64,000 nt of DNA from Perna viridis (taxonomy: Eukaryota), in contig CM074518.1 of assembly GCA_037379345.1 (NCBI GenBank), forward strand, positions 38,157,586 through 38,221,585, in the 5' to 3' direction. Positions within the stretch are counted from its first letter, which is position 1; every line of letters starts with the position of its first letter. The notes under the pieces were generated by a model. That model saw only the letters and a program-made list of their open reading frames with translations, was not told the origin of the DNA and searched no databases. The translations under genes and the position numbers were made by a program. Positions 1 through 13,280 of this stretch are shown here, piece by piece.

Positions 1-32
1 CCTCACAAATTATTCATTCTCAAGGTCGTCTA

Positions 33-649
33 TCAGGGGATATATCGATCAATGTCAGAAGTATCTAGAAAATTCCTGATGTATTTTCTAGCATACCATA
101 CAGCTTTGTGTAATGCATTTGTTACAACTCTCCATTCTTTCTCTCTTTCAGAAGGAGGAGCTGGAAAATATGAAAAACATACTTTCTCAAGTGCATCAAG
201 CTTTATAGGACATGCAGTTACATTCTTAGGAATAGCTTCTTTAATTGCACAAATATGTCTGAAAACAGTCGTAGCGAACCGATGTCTCTTTCCTAAGCAT
301 GAAGACATGGCATCATTTAAAATATCAACGGGAATACTGTAGGGTTTTACAGCTGGAGGGAGAGTATCAAAGTTATCCATGTTTTCAACTAATTCCAGAG
401 GTTGTTTCCCTATAAGCTTCATCAATGACAAATTCCAGAATTTGGGATCACACATTTTCACTTTAATCCCTTTCTTTGGTTTTGGTTTGCAAATAGGTAT
501 GACTAAGCCAGGATCATAAGATGGAAAGCCAGATGAACCAGTCTGATCCAGATAAAACTGGCATGAGTCGGTTTGATCTGGTATAAACTGGGTTCTGTCT
601 CCCATACCATGAGCTGTCTGTCTGGAAGAGCTTTCATACTGTGCATAAT
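33..649 (-). CDS. Gene A alternative terminal exon A6, BEN-like domain
   Basis: Acceptor ttgttttcag|AT, phase 1, open to the stop at 33. The C-terminus (FATTVFRHICAIKE...KLDALEKVCFSYFP...EWRVVTNALHKAV) follows the BEN pattern, though diverged. Confidence 0.72.
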
Positions 650-1029
650 CTGAAAACAAAATGCCTCAGTCTTAATCTGGGTAGGTTTTAGTGTTCTTTC
701 AAAATTACATTACAGAGGAAGAATCGAAACTTCATAGTAAATACTAGATTCAATTTAATTTGCATTTCAACCGGAATGTCAGACATATATTATGCAAGTT
801 ATATGCATACCCTTTCAAATGAATGGTAGAAAAAGTCTAAGAAAAACAAGAACTTCTATCTATGGATTAACCTTTTAAAACTTTCAAGGATAACAGTCTT
901 CACAACTAACTTTCCAGATCACAGGCCATAAATATATTTTTTAATCATTTTTATATAGTGTTTGTTGGCCTGTAGTAGTTAATTTTACGGGCCCACCTTC
1001 GTTTTGACTAGCCTTGGGCCTCGGATTAC

Positions 1030-2020
1030 TGTAAAGGAGATTGGCTTATACATGTAGTTTGTAGAGCAAAACTTATTTGTGAAGGATATTGGCTTTACAT
1101 GTAGTTTGTAGAGCACAACTTATCTGTACAGGAGATTGGCTTATACATGTAGTTTGTAGAGCACAACCTATCTGTAAAGGAGATTGGCTTATGCGTGAAG
1201 TTTGTAGAGCACAACCTATCTGTACAGGAGATTGGCTTATACATATAGTTTGTAGAGCACAACTTATCTGTACAGGAGGTTGGCTTATCTCTGCATGTAG
1301 TTTGTAGAGCACAACCTATCTGTACAGGAGATTGGCTTATGCATGTAGTTTGTAGAGCACAACCTATCTGTACAGGAGATTGGCTTATACATGTAGTTTG
1401 TAGAGCAAAATTTATCTGTACAGGAGGTTGGCTTATCTCTGTAGTGTAGCTTGTACAGCAAAACTTACCTGTGAGCCATTGGTTTAAATATGAAGTTTGT
1501 TAAACAAAACTGGTATGTGCAGGAGACTGAACAGTATATGTAGTGTAGTTTGCTCCAGAAAACTTATCTGTGAAGGAGAATGGCTTATGCATGTAGTGTA
1601 GTGGGTAAAACAAAACTTATCTGTGGAGGGATTGGCTTATATATGTATTCTGTAGAACCAAACTTGTCCATGGAGGTGAAACACTAAAACATGCAGTCTG
1701 CTCAACAAAACTTATCTGTGAATGAGAATGGCTTATGCATGTAGTGTAGTGGGTAAAACAAAACTTATCTGTGGAGGGATTGGCTTATATATGTATTATG
1801 TAGAACCAAACTTGTCCATGGAGGTGAAACACTAAAACATGCAGTCTGCTCAACAAAACTTATCTGTGAATGAGAATGGCTTATGCATGTAGTGTAGTGG
1901 GTAAAACATAAATTATCTGTGGAGGGATTGGCTTATTTATGTATTCTGTAGAACCAAAGTTGTCCATGGAGGTGATACACTAACATATGTAGTCTGCTCA
2001 ACAAAATTTATCAGTGTGGA
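1030..2020. repeat. ~48-bp minisatellite grading into a ~148-bp higher-order (trimer) repeat
   Basis: Unit ggagattggcttatacatgtagtttgtagagcacaacttatctgtaca recurs (attggc at 1088, 1135, 1183...); the longer unit starts at 1561, 1709 and 1857. Confidence 0.9.
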
Positions 2021-2649
2021 ATATATATACATGAAGTTAGTAGGACCATAACTTACTAAATCTCAGTCATAACAGCATACATTTTTCTTGAATGATCACT
2101 GGTAATTAAATTTGTTGAATTTTGGAATATGACAACAAATTTTCAATATTTTTCAATTTATCAACTAAAGGAAAAAGTACAATCTGATAATATCATCCAA
2201 ATTAATTTATCACAATAGCTTATTCATACAAGGTTCATTTTAAAAAGACTCACAAAATTTAATGATAAAATGTACTAGAACACATGATCAACCAGTTACC
2301 TAGTAGCTACCTGTAATACAGTGGTCTCTATCAAAACTTAATCTTAGAGGAAGTTTCCCAAAATCATGTTCGCAAGTCTTTCAACTCAAATATTAGTAAT
2401 GACATTTAATTTTTTCATGAGGTAAAAGTGTTCACCATTCCAAATTTCAGAAAGAATTGCATGCCATTTTTACTTCTGACAGTTGACATAAATAACAATT
2501 ATCTGAAGTAGAATAAAAATTCCATTTTCCTACATTAGTGAATTTTTTTTGTTTGAGTTTCCATACACTACATAATCTCCACTTTCACTGGACTCTTCTT
2601 GCCTAAAGCCCTTGTTTTAAGGACCAATCCTTGGTTTATTTGTACAGAA

Positions 2650-3790
2650 GTTTGGATTAATTGCTATCCATCACACTGAGAGTTATTCCTCTTGCTATAC
2701 AAAATGGTGTCCAGGAAACAGTCTTTGATATATTTGTACAAAAATTTGGACATGCAGCTGTCCATCTCATTGAGAGTATAAATTCCCCTTGTCTAAAACT
2801 TCTGTTTTCAGGAAACAATCTTAGATATTTGTACATGTTTGCACTGATGTCCAACATACTGAGATTTATTCCCCTTGACTAATACCTTTGTGTCCAGAAA
2901 ACAATTTTCGATATATTTTTACAAAAGTTTGAACATACAGCTGTTTATCTCAATGAGAGTACAAATTCCCCTTGTCTAAAACTTTTGTTTTCAGGAGACA
3001 ATCTCAGATATATGTGTACATGTTTGGACTGATGTCCATCATACTGAGAGTTATCCCCCTTGATTAAAACCTTTGTGTTCAGAAAACAAATTTTGATATA
3101 TTTGCACAAAAGTTTGAACATATAGCCGTCCATCTCACTAAGCGTTATCCCCTTGACTAAAAACTTTGTATTTAGAAGACAATTTTTTTTATGTATTTGC
3201 ACAAAAGTTTGAACATATGTCTGTCCATCTCACTGACAGTTAAGTGTCAGTCACTGTAAGAATCAGGCAGTACGTGAAACATGGTATAAAAAAACTATCA
3301 TTTTGAAAGTGTAATCTGACTACTTGCACCATCAGAATTGAGGAAAACAGACAAGATTTTCCATATCATGCTGCACAATTTAGTTACAATTTCACTGAAA
3401 TGCACTGAAAATGAACATTTCAAGGACAGATAACTCTTTCAAAAACCATATTTTTTTTTAGAACCTATTGAAAATTTTCTGACAAAGCCAGTGATGTAGA
3501 GGTCAAATAATGATCTTTTCAAATAGAGAAAGCAGATCAGTGGGTTTTTGACATGCATGTTTCTGATTTTTCCCATTTTGCCTGATTCTTACAAGTACTG
3601 ACACTTAATCAATTGCCACAATCCTTGGTGTTCAGAAAACAATTATTGATGTGTTTGATGTATTTATACAAAAGTTTGAACTGTGGTCCATCTCACTGAA
3701 GAGTTATTCCCCTTGCCTAAAGTTTTTGTTTTCTGCAAACAATCCTGGGTTTGTAAATGTTTGGACTAACTGCTGTCCATCTCCTTGAGT
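2650..3790. repeat. Degenerate ~92-bp tandem repeat, interrupted by a MITE and overlapping the end of exon A5
   Basis: ccatc(t/a)cactgagagttattcccctt-like core at ~2668, 2762, 2851, 2947, 3036, 3130, 3224 and ~3688. Confidence 0.8.
3240..3608 (+). mobile_element. TTAA-flanked non-autonomous DNA transposon (Kolobok-like MITE), copy 1
   Basis: TTAA-gtgtcagtcactgtaagaatcaggca ... tgcctgattcttacaagtactgacac-TTAA terminal inverted repeats; related copies at 8944 and 58755. Confidence 0.75.
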
Positions 3791-4428
3791 AGAAGCAGAA
3801 ACTGCATATTGAACATTTCTCTGTGTTGTATTAGGTACTACATGTAAGCCATGAGGAACATGCTGTAATGAAGGATCTCGCAAAGAGTTACACTGGATTT
3901 TTTGTTTGTCATAAGCAGTTCTAGTTGATTTGTCATAAAGGTTTCCTTGTTGTCCCTCATAATCAGGCTGTGTATTTTGTAACAGATTTACTCGAGGGGA
4001 GCTAAACTGGCCATGTTGGTGATGTCTATCAGTATGGCCACTCTGTTGTCTTATCTCAGTCACCTGAGCTTGAGGGGCCATTCTAAGTGTTTGTTTACTC
4101 CCATCCTCTTTGTTTTCTGTGTTTTTGTCTGAAGGAAAGTGCCATGAATGGAAGTCTTCATAACAATTGTACAACATCCCAGGCTTACACAAAGCTACAT
4201 TACATTTGAAACACTTTGTGCGGGTGTAAACAAACCACCCTGCTCTCGTTTTTCGCTTCCCACTCTGGCACATGAAACATAATTTTTTGTCGCCTTTGAC
4301 TAAAGTGTGACCAAGATTAGCCCATGGATTGTCAGATGAATTAGTTTTTCCACCGATGAAAAGTTGTACGTTGCTCAATTGGTGGTGTTGCCTGAGTATG
4401 TCAGGAAGTAATGAGGAATCATGGGAGC
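3704..4428 (-). CDS. Gene A alternative terminal exon A5, piggyBac-type cysteine-rich domain (CRD)
   Basis: Acceptor ctctgttttcag|GC, phase 1, in frame with ORF 3704-4378; HTLVKGDKKLCFMC...TRAGWFVYTRTKCFKCNVALC...CYEDFH. Confidence 0.82.
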
Positions 4429-5169
4429 CTGAAAACAGAGAAAGAGTTCGATAACTTGGAATCTGCCAAACATCACTTCTTTACAACTGATACATTTTCA
4501 AATCATGATATAGTGTAGTTTTGAAATAAGGATTATGCCATATTTGAGGAGGAGGCAGATTCCAATAACAGAACTTCTCTGCTCTGTATGGGTAATAAAT
4601 GACAAACACTAATTTTTTTTTTTCAATTTGTTAATGTTTAGTTAAATATATAACAAAATCTTTCCTGTATTCACCTTCAAAAGAATCCATTTTTTCATAC
4701 TATTCAGTAAAGTTAAATAATCATTGGCTACACAGAATCCCCATTAGTGATTTCTATTTTTTTTGCAGACATAACAATAGTGGAAGTGGTGGATCCAGAC
4801 ACTTTGAAAAGGAGTAGTGCTAGGACATTATTAACACTTTTTGCCAATTTTTCAAATAAAACACCCTTCACCCCTGGATCTGCAACTTAGTGACACTGAC
4901 TATAAAAATAATATTTATTATGATCACTACTGCCAGCATTTTTCCAAATTATCTGACCATCTTTAGGTATGTCCAGTGTTCCCAAATAACAACTTTAGGT
5001 AGACTTGGTGTCCATTGATAGACTATAGTCAAAGCAAAGCAATTTTCCTCATCAAAATGACTTTAGTATGAAAGGTTGGGATGTGTACAATGTACATGTA
5101 TCTTATAACAGTAGCAATATGCTTTATGTTTTCTCCAAAAAAAATCTTTTTTTGAGAATATAAACTTCA

Positions 5170-5562
5170 AAATTATTGAAGTCATCACTACAGAAGTTTT
5201 ATGGTCATCATTATGAACTTGTGGATCGTTATGGTGTATCCATCAGCACCATGAAAACTGATTTATTCAACGGGTCATAGTTTTTCTTTCCTCGTTTGTC
5301 TACCCCGGACTTGAATTTTTATGAGCAACTCGGCGGGTGTTTCTAGAAAAGCAGAGGACGCTTACCCTACCGGTGCACCTGGTCCATGCTCCCAGTTTTT
5401 AGTGGAGTCCGAGTTGCTCATTTACTTTTGTAACTTTGTATGTATGATTTTAGTTACTTTATGTTCTTTGTTGTGTATGTCTGTTTTCCATGTCTGGTCT
5501 TTGTCCCTGGATCACATTCTTTTGATTACCGCTAAAACCTTGGTTCCCTTGATTACTCTTTC
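5170..5562 (+). mobile_element. 3' fragment of a Penelope-like retroelement
   Basis: Encodes KSSLQKFYGHHYELVDRYGVSI followed by a shared 3' region; near-identical copies at ~27535, ~29170 and ~39025. Confidence 0.65.
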
Positions 5563-6308
5563 AATAAGGTTTGGAGAAAACCATAACAAAAGTGGCTTGC
5601 TTAATCATTTTTTTTTATTAAACACGCACATATTGTCAAAAAATACTTGGTGAACTAGAAAAGGCCCTTTAGTACGAAAGGGGTGTCATCCATACATTAA
5701 TACAGTAAAAACCCATACAGTTTGCAAAATATTTTTTTTAAGAAATTGTCCTTTCACATGCGGTCCGCCCTAAAAAAAACCAATGGTGATTTTCAAAAGT
5801 TGGCTGGTAATGCAAAGGTCAAATATAAAACATCTGATTCAGCAGTTTTGTAGATAAATTTCTTTAACTTACCAAACGCACTTTATTTCATTGTTACGTA
5901 CAAACGTTAGCTTTCTGCCTCAAAAATCGGTCATTTGCTTTAAATTTCATTTATAGATGCATTAATGGATACTTTACAAAATGTATGTTCAGTGCCCATA
6001 ATTATTAGTCATAAACTAACCCTCAATTTTTGGCCTTATCTTCATAATGTAGTGAGCCCATAAGAAATCATGATTTACATTTACATTCATCAAATACATA
6101 TACATGTTATTACTGTGTTATCACACCAAAACCAAGTGAATTTAAAACACAGCAATGCAAATAACATCCCCACACCATTTTGCATATTATTCCACATGTT
6201 TTTTAGTAGTAAACATAGAAAGGTAATTTATGCACTACATTTAATAACTATTGGAACATTTGTATGTCAGACTGATGCGATTGTCTAATCTAAGCAATAG
6301 TAACATCC

Positions 6309-6904
6309 TCACTTCTTGTTTGTATATGACCACACAATATCAGATTTGACAGAATCTTTTATCATTTGATGATACTTGTCAAAACAGCCCCTTAATCCAC
6401 TACACAAGGGCACATCACATACATCACAGTGATAATAGGACTTAATGTACCATCCACAACTGGTCTTATTTCCGTTGCTCCTACAGAATGCACAGGCCTT
6501 AGCTTTTGAGTCAGTGTTGCGTACTAAACAATGAACACTGGTAGGATTACAGGAACCATGAGCTTCAGTGTAAGGAGGGATAAAGCTAATAGAAGGTCCT
6601 GTTACGTTTTGGTCCCAACGAACTATGAGGGGACTTGCAGAGTTTACTATATCGGAAGTTTCACAAGTTTGCTGGATATGTAATTGATCCTGTGCTTTAA
6701 CAAATGGTGTTTTCTCATTTGGTTCATTTTTGTTCCCAGGTTGATATTGTATAACCTGATGATGTTCACAACTATTCCTTTGCATTACCATGGAAACCAA
6801 GTGATTAATTTCCTCTTTGAACTGTTTTCCTGTATTCTGAAGATCATATCCTGGAATATTTGGTTTTTCCAGGGAACCAGTAACTTCCTGTTTATTCTGT
6901 TTCC
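6309..6904 (-). CDS. Gene A alternative terminal exon A4, piggyBac-type CRD
   Basis: Acceptor ggtttattacag|GG, phase 1; HCLVRN...CAFC...KTSCGWYIKSYYHCDVCDVPLC...CFDKYH, then a stop. Confidence 0.83.
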
Positions 6905-8544
6905 CTGTAATAAACCAAAGGTAACCAGTGATCTTCATTTGATCATGATGATTAGACTAAAATTCAATAAACCTTCCGTCTTTTTAATTAACAGTATATA
7001 GCGTTTGTTAAAATGGACAATTTTTTCACCTCTGTCAACATTAGAACATGAATAAAGGACCCTGAGCACTTTCATTAATAGGCAGAAGCTAGCCATTCTA
7101 ATAATTCATTTCTAGTCCAGAGAAACACATCTATACAAAACCCTGAATAATCCAAAAACCTGTCTAAACAAGACATCTGAACATGTCTCAACCAAACCAA
7201 TTTCAAAACTTTTTTTATATTTCAGAATTATACACCAAGAAAAATAATGTGAAAGCCTCAAATATAGCCAACATTTTATTTCTAAAATACCAACACTAAA
7301 CAATACATAAATTAATAGCACACAGACAAAAACATGCAAATATAACGATACGGATTTCTATTCATTAATTGTTCCCTATTTCTCTGTAGTATGAAATGTC
7401 TAGGTCTCACACTTAAGGAGGCGCATGTAGACCTGGGGTAAGGGACATAACTCTTGAAATCAGTGACATGTTTGTATTATATTCAATTACACCAAAGCCT
7501 ATCAAGCTTTCATTTGAAATAGAATGAAATCAATCCAAGTTATTTTGATGCTTTGATTGATGTCAAATGCAGAATACAAATGTTCCAATGATTTGTAAGA
7601 GTTGTGTCCCTTAAGCTGCATCCTTGAACATTTTTTTTATAAATCATGACCAAAATATGTGACATTACCAACTTTGGTACAGCTTACACTTCATGAACTG
7701 CAAAGTGAGTTACAAACAAGTGCAAACTGTGCAGAAGTTGGTTATGCAAACATAACATAAAAAATTTCAAAAAATATAAAAACTATCCTGATCCTTTCAT
7801 TCCTAAATGATTACAGTCCAAATTAAGATTGAACTTTCATCAAAATATTGTTAGTTTGGGACTATTTGAATGATAAGTTGGGACCGATTGATCACAGTAC
7901 CATGTAAGTTTTAAACAAAATAACCTATGTCGTTCAACCAATAAGAAAGTTTGACACAAATCATTTTTATTTTTATTTTTATAGCAGTATAAATCTTAAC
8001 TTTCTCCACTTCTTAAGAAGAGCTTCTAAATCGTTGATCTTCAGGTAGCCAGTATTCATAATGGTATTAGGTAGTGCAGAAATAAATGGTGTTTACATAA
8101 ATCTATAGCATTTGTTAGGGGGAACAGGCCGTTTTGATAGTCAAATAACATTTTACCACAGATAACCAAATTTCCTAAGAGCCATACCACAAGTGGACAG
8201 ACAGATGGACAAAAAGGAAAAGATCAAAAGTTATGAGCATAAAAATCAGTTTTATAAAACATACTGCACATTCAACCATAAATGAGGCTTCATTTAAATA
8301 AAAAATTGCATGGAAGAAATAGAAGAAACACAAGTTTTATTAAAGAATATACATGTATATAATAACCCTCCAAGGTGGCAAGGGCAGGGGGCAAAAATAC
8401 ACTTAGTATTAGTTACTAGCTACCCAATTTTCAGAGATATATGTCAATCAAGGTCTTACTACAGAGAAATCAGGAACATAATCACACTGAAATGTCATGG
8501 ATTTATTATAAAAGCAATACCTTACTACCTTCTTCCACAACTTG

Positions 8545-8805
8545 CCACAGGCAAGACAGAAAGTCCCTTCTGTGACTCATCACAGGCAAGACAAAAAGTC
8601 CCTTCTGTGACTCATCACAGGCAAGACAAAAAGTCCCTTCAGTGACTCATCACGGGCAAGACAAAAGGTCCCTTCTGTGACTCATCACAGGCAAGACAAA
8701 AAGTCCCTTCTGTGACTCATCACAGGCAAGACAAAAAGTACCTTCAGTGACTCATCACGGGCAAGACAAAAAGTCCCTTCAGTGACTCATAAAGGACAAG
8801 ACAAA
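8545..8805. repeat. 35-bp minisatellite, ~7 copies, each with an AP-1 site TGACTCA
   Basis: tgactca at 8573, 8608, 8643, 8678, 8713, 8748 and 8783. Confidence 0.92.
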
Positions 8806-8943
8806 AACAAATAATCTCTCTGATCAGAAAAAATACAGAAAACTTAAGCAAGATTTTATGACACCAAAACTATTCAATGTCTATTAAAACTTCAAACACT
8901 AACAAATACTCTTCAAGTTAAAAAGATTTCTTAAACATATAAA

Positions 8944-9160
8944 TTAAGTATAAGTGTTTGTAAGAATTAGGCAAAGTGGGAAAAATCTGAAACATGCATG
9001 TCAATGAAATTGTAATTCAATGGTGCAGCATGATATGGAAAATCTTGTCTGTTATCCTTGATTCTGATGGTGCAAATAGTCAAATTACACTATCAAAATG
9101 ATGGGTTTTTTATACCATGTTTCACCTACTGCCTGATTCTCACAGGAGCTGACACTTTAA
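8944..9160 (-). mobile_element. Kolobok-like TTAA MITE, internally deleted copy 2
   Basis: TTAA at both ends; termini match the 3240 and 58755 copies (ttaa-AGTGTCAG...gaatcaggcag). Confidence 0.7.
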
Positions 9161-9666
9161 AATAAGGAAAAATGTATAAATGCTTGTAGCTAAATAAAAA
9201 ATAAATGCAAATGTGCCATTCATTCCAGAAGACAAAAAAATAACTAAAGGCAAAAAAGTTAACTACACCTAGTATTTTTTTAGTTAGATGGTAGGTTGAA
9301 TAAAATTCAAAAAAAGAAGTTGAAATTTGAAGTAAATTTAAAAATGCGACCTTTGAAATACAGAGTCTGATTTCAGTCTGACAGTAAATAAAAAAAATGT
9401 CTATCAGCAGATCTGTATTACTTAACTGGTATCCTGGAAAAATGAAACCCATGTGACTGAACTGGTCACCCCATGCAAATAGCTATCAGGTTGAAAAAGT
9501 AGAAAATGAAGTTTCTGTAACCTGAGTCTTGATATCCCCAACTTTCATGAATTGCTATGCATTTTGATAACTTTAGATACAAACAAAAATGAATCTGGAC
9601 AGTAGACAAAAACAAATATGTTTAAATTACTGCTGTGACACCAATTAACAGCACAAAATAACTAAC

Positions 9667-10001
9667 CGTCTTGTATAGGGTTTGTAAGTCTCGTTTTAGT
9701 TTCAGTTTTCCTTCCGGAATTTTCGATGTAGAACGTATTGAAATACGAAGACCGACTTGCATTTTTGTGTTTACTTCCGGGAAATCGAAGCGCTGCATCA
9801 CAATGCAAAATCTTCTATTTTCATACCTTTCTTAAATTTTTTTTCCTGTATAGCTAGATATTTGTCATTTTTTAACAGTATTTTTACACAGAAAGATATT
9901 TTGCTTTTTATGTTGAACTCAGTGCTATGTTAATGACGAATCTCAATGCATCTGAATGGTAGACGAGGACCCATTCTCATGAAAACGCAGAGTCACGTGA
10001 C
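9667..10001 (-). promoter_or_regulatory. Candidate internal promoter and short first exon inside the variable-exon array of gene A
   Basis: Local CpG-rich patch in CpG-poor DNA; ETS CCGGAAGT (9780-9773), TTCCGGAA (~9712), palindromic E-box GTCACGTGAC (9992-10001), donor ACG|GTTAGT at 9667. Confidence 0.5.
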
Positions 10002-12360
10002 AAAACTTACATACCCTATTAATTTAAATAAACAATCTTGATAATAAATCATTTAAATCAGACATTAATATCTAATTTACTTTTTTGAACTATTATTCAA
10101 CAGAACTCTTTAAACATTGTTAAAAACAAATTTCTCAATAAATTACCTATTTAAACAATTTCTATTTTCAAGACTAAAAAAAAAACTTAAAAGAAATAAA
10201 AACCTGAGACATGAAATGACTAGTTAAAATTACCCTGCTTGAAGCAATATATAACAAATGAGTATTGTATAAAATATAAATCACAAAACAAGTGATTAAA
10301 ATAAGAGGAATACACATATAACACAGCAAGGATTTCATTACATATCATGCATTTCTTTATAAAATATGAACATCTTGTACATTTAACATGCGGAGTATTA
10401 TGTTTTACAAATAGTACATATCATGAACAGGGAACCTGTCTAAACTGAGCCTTGAACAAAGCTGTTACCTGTGTATACCAGATATCTAATTAAGTCCACT
10501 CATATCAGTTTTACTACTTTTTTAATCTGTGTTAACCAAATACTGTAAAACGTATTATATTTCGCTGTTGCTAATTTTCACAGATTCTGTCAAGTGAACA
10601 TTTTTGCAGATATCAATTTTCGCTGTTTCAAAAAATGATTATTGTTATCATAGTGATACAAATCATATTTGTGGGTACTATTCTATGCGCTTTTCTCTCT
10701 AAAGTGAAAATAGCGAAATTAAGTACACCCTGAAAATTAGCATGTTTGCAGTATCTGCCTTTACCAAACTAATCTCTCAGTTCTAAAGAAGTTCCGTTTA
10801 GAAGGTCAAAGGTTAATAGTCATGTGCTAAGAGTGGTTCCAATGGTTTTCAAATTACCTTGGGTGTCAAATTATTACCCTGTGAATTTCTGAAAACAGAT
10901 CAACTTCAAAATATTCGTAAAAAGCATGGTTATGAAAATATAAAAGGACTGCCATTATACCTCATGCAATAAAAAAGACATTGTCTTAACAACTCACAAC
11001 TGATTTCATCAAAACTTGGCATTTTGAAAGACAATTAAACACTTGCATTCAGAATGGAATTCAGTCTTAAAATACATTATGGTACTTGAAATAAATAAAT
11101 AAAGAGGCATGTGTTTCACAAGAAATTGTCAATAATATATACCACATCAAGATTGTACATTAAGTTCTCAGATGTTGGAAGACAGCTATCATTTTAACAA
11201 TTATACACTTGTGAAAATTGAAAAATAAAAAACTGTTATTCTTATTTATTAAAAAGTTATCTTTTACATCTTTAACCCAGACCTGAGTATGCAATGGATA
11301 AAGTTGGCACATAACACAATGTCAATTCAGAAATGATGGCTGATAAATCATTGTTTTCAACGCTTTAAAGAAACATTAAAGAGGTAAACAGTGTTAACCT
11401 ATGACCTGGTTACTGGGTGACAGAGTATAAGCCACTTCCTTCTCACTTAGTTTGGAGCGTCCTGAGCAGTGGACTCCCTAACATAGTTCTGCCTAAAATA
11501 TCATAATAAACTGCTGAGCTCACCTTCATGACCTACCACATGAACCCCCACCTTTATTTTTTGGGTTGAAAGTCCCATAACTCTCCAATGGAAAATCTGA
11601 AATATTGTAAGAGGAAAGAAAGCTGATTTCTTACAAAGGTTTATAACAACTTTACCATACTTTCATTGTCCTTCCAGCCTGATATTTTCTTTCTCTGGTT
11701 TAACTGCCCTCTCACTAAAAATTTCACTGGTCAATTTCCAATCACATTACAACAAATTTATTTTTTATATGGCCTTTGTAATTTTGTAAAAGGTGGCCAA
11801 CAGGCCCTTAAAACGGACCATGATGGCCCATAAAATTTTCTAAATAGTCCATTTGGCTTTTGCTTTATATTGATTCAAGGTACAATACACCCATTCTGTT
11901 TCCTAAGCTCTATTTGTGATTGAAAAAGAGTATAGTAAAAAAACTACGCAATCATTTCTGAATTACATCACCTATATATACATGTACAACGTCATAAATA
12001 CAATATAAAGTCATTTGAGTATTTAAAATTGCACCAAACTGAAGAAAAACTAAAATACTAATATCTGGCTAACAAAGTATAACAAATAAATAAAAGTCAA
12101 TGAACGGGATTTTTGTAAACAACCTTGTCAAATTGCGATTTAAAACTATATGTATCAAAAAAAATTCTTACTGTCGGCATTTACATGGAATTCTACATTT
12201 GAAAAGAATCAATCTTGAGACTCGTTTTGATTTCGGTTGGGACTGTGATATCTTAATGACAAAAGTAAAGATGAAAAAAAAATTAACTAACAATCAATAT
12301 TCATCTGAAAAAGACTACGATATATATTCATGAAGTCATGGTTGAACACATTCGGCCATT

Positions 12361-13280
12361 TCATAGGAGATATTCTTGTTGATTTGGTGAGAAGGATGGG
12401 TCTGCTGTTTCATCCCCATTCGTTTTATCTTCTTTAATTGGCAAGGTTTCTTTATCTTGAGCTGAATCTGAGTTGGTCTCGTCAAAATTTGGCACATCTA
12501 TATTGGATTCAGCTGAATCCATTGGATCAGGACCATTTTCAGTAGTGTTGACATCCTTAGGATCAACAGTAATGAAGTGTTGTTTCTCAAAGTCTTTCTT
12601 TGCAACTAAAGGATTAGGGATTGTTATGTCCTCAGTTATTATGCTAGGGGGTGGTGATACTTTATGAGCTACAAGACTGTTGTGGGTTTCATTCGGAGTA
12701 ACCAGATTAGGCGGCATTACACTCGGAGCTACCAGGCTGGGAGGTGTTATATTTTGGTCAGGATCTAACATACCCCCGTAAGCCATAAGTTGATCCGAGA
12801 TTGACTGTGAAAGCATGCTGGTAAATTCTTCATATTTCGGAGTGTAACTTGTCAAGCTTTGCTTGGGGCTATAACCTTCCTCAGTTTTAACATTTTTCCT
12901 AGATTTCTTTGGGGCCTGTGAAGCTGTCGCTTCTTTCAGGGTTTTCAACAACATTTTAGGAGACAAATCAGGCTGTTCCATTCTCAACTCATGGTAGCGA
13001 AGAAAACAATCCTTCTTCCCTTTACACAAACAAACATCACAAGCCTCACACTTATAATATGACTTGATAGCCCACCCAGATTTTGTTTTAAGACGAAGTA
13101 TGTTACAATAAGCACAAGCCCTTTTATGGCCAGTAATATGGACCAGTTTGTGCCCAGGCATGAATGCTATTTCCTGATCATTAGGGTCTTCAGAGGACAC
13201 CTCTTCCTTCCACCCAGGGTATTTCTTAGCTTTAACACAGGCTGGCATGGGCTTAGTTTTAATCACTGGCTTGATAGGTG
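12361..13280 (-). CDS. Gene A alternative terminal exon A3, piggyBac-type CRD plus an acidic/Pro-rich tail
   Basis: Acceptor ctttatactttcag|CA, phase 1; HKLVHITGHKRACAYC...KTKSGWAIKSYYKCEACDVCLC...CFLRYH. Confidence 0.85.

Noticed and set aside
1073-1312. Cys-periodic ORFs on both strands
   Set aside because: They are translations of the 48-bp minisatellite (period divisible by 3), with no splice context.
5321-5653. Duplicated ORF MSNSAGVSRKAEDAYPTG (also 27629-27964)
   Set aside because: It lies in the 3' region of a dispersed Penelope-like repeat and is disrupted in the other copies.
8545-8805. Regular short repeats, superficially CRISPR-like
   Set aside because: There are no unique spacers and no cas genes, and the context is eukaryotic; it is a plain minisatellite.
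3704-13280. CRD ORFs as intact piggyBac transposons
   Set aside because: No DDD core or piggyBac TIRs are adjacent; each has a phase-1 acceptor instead.
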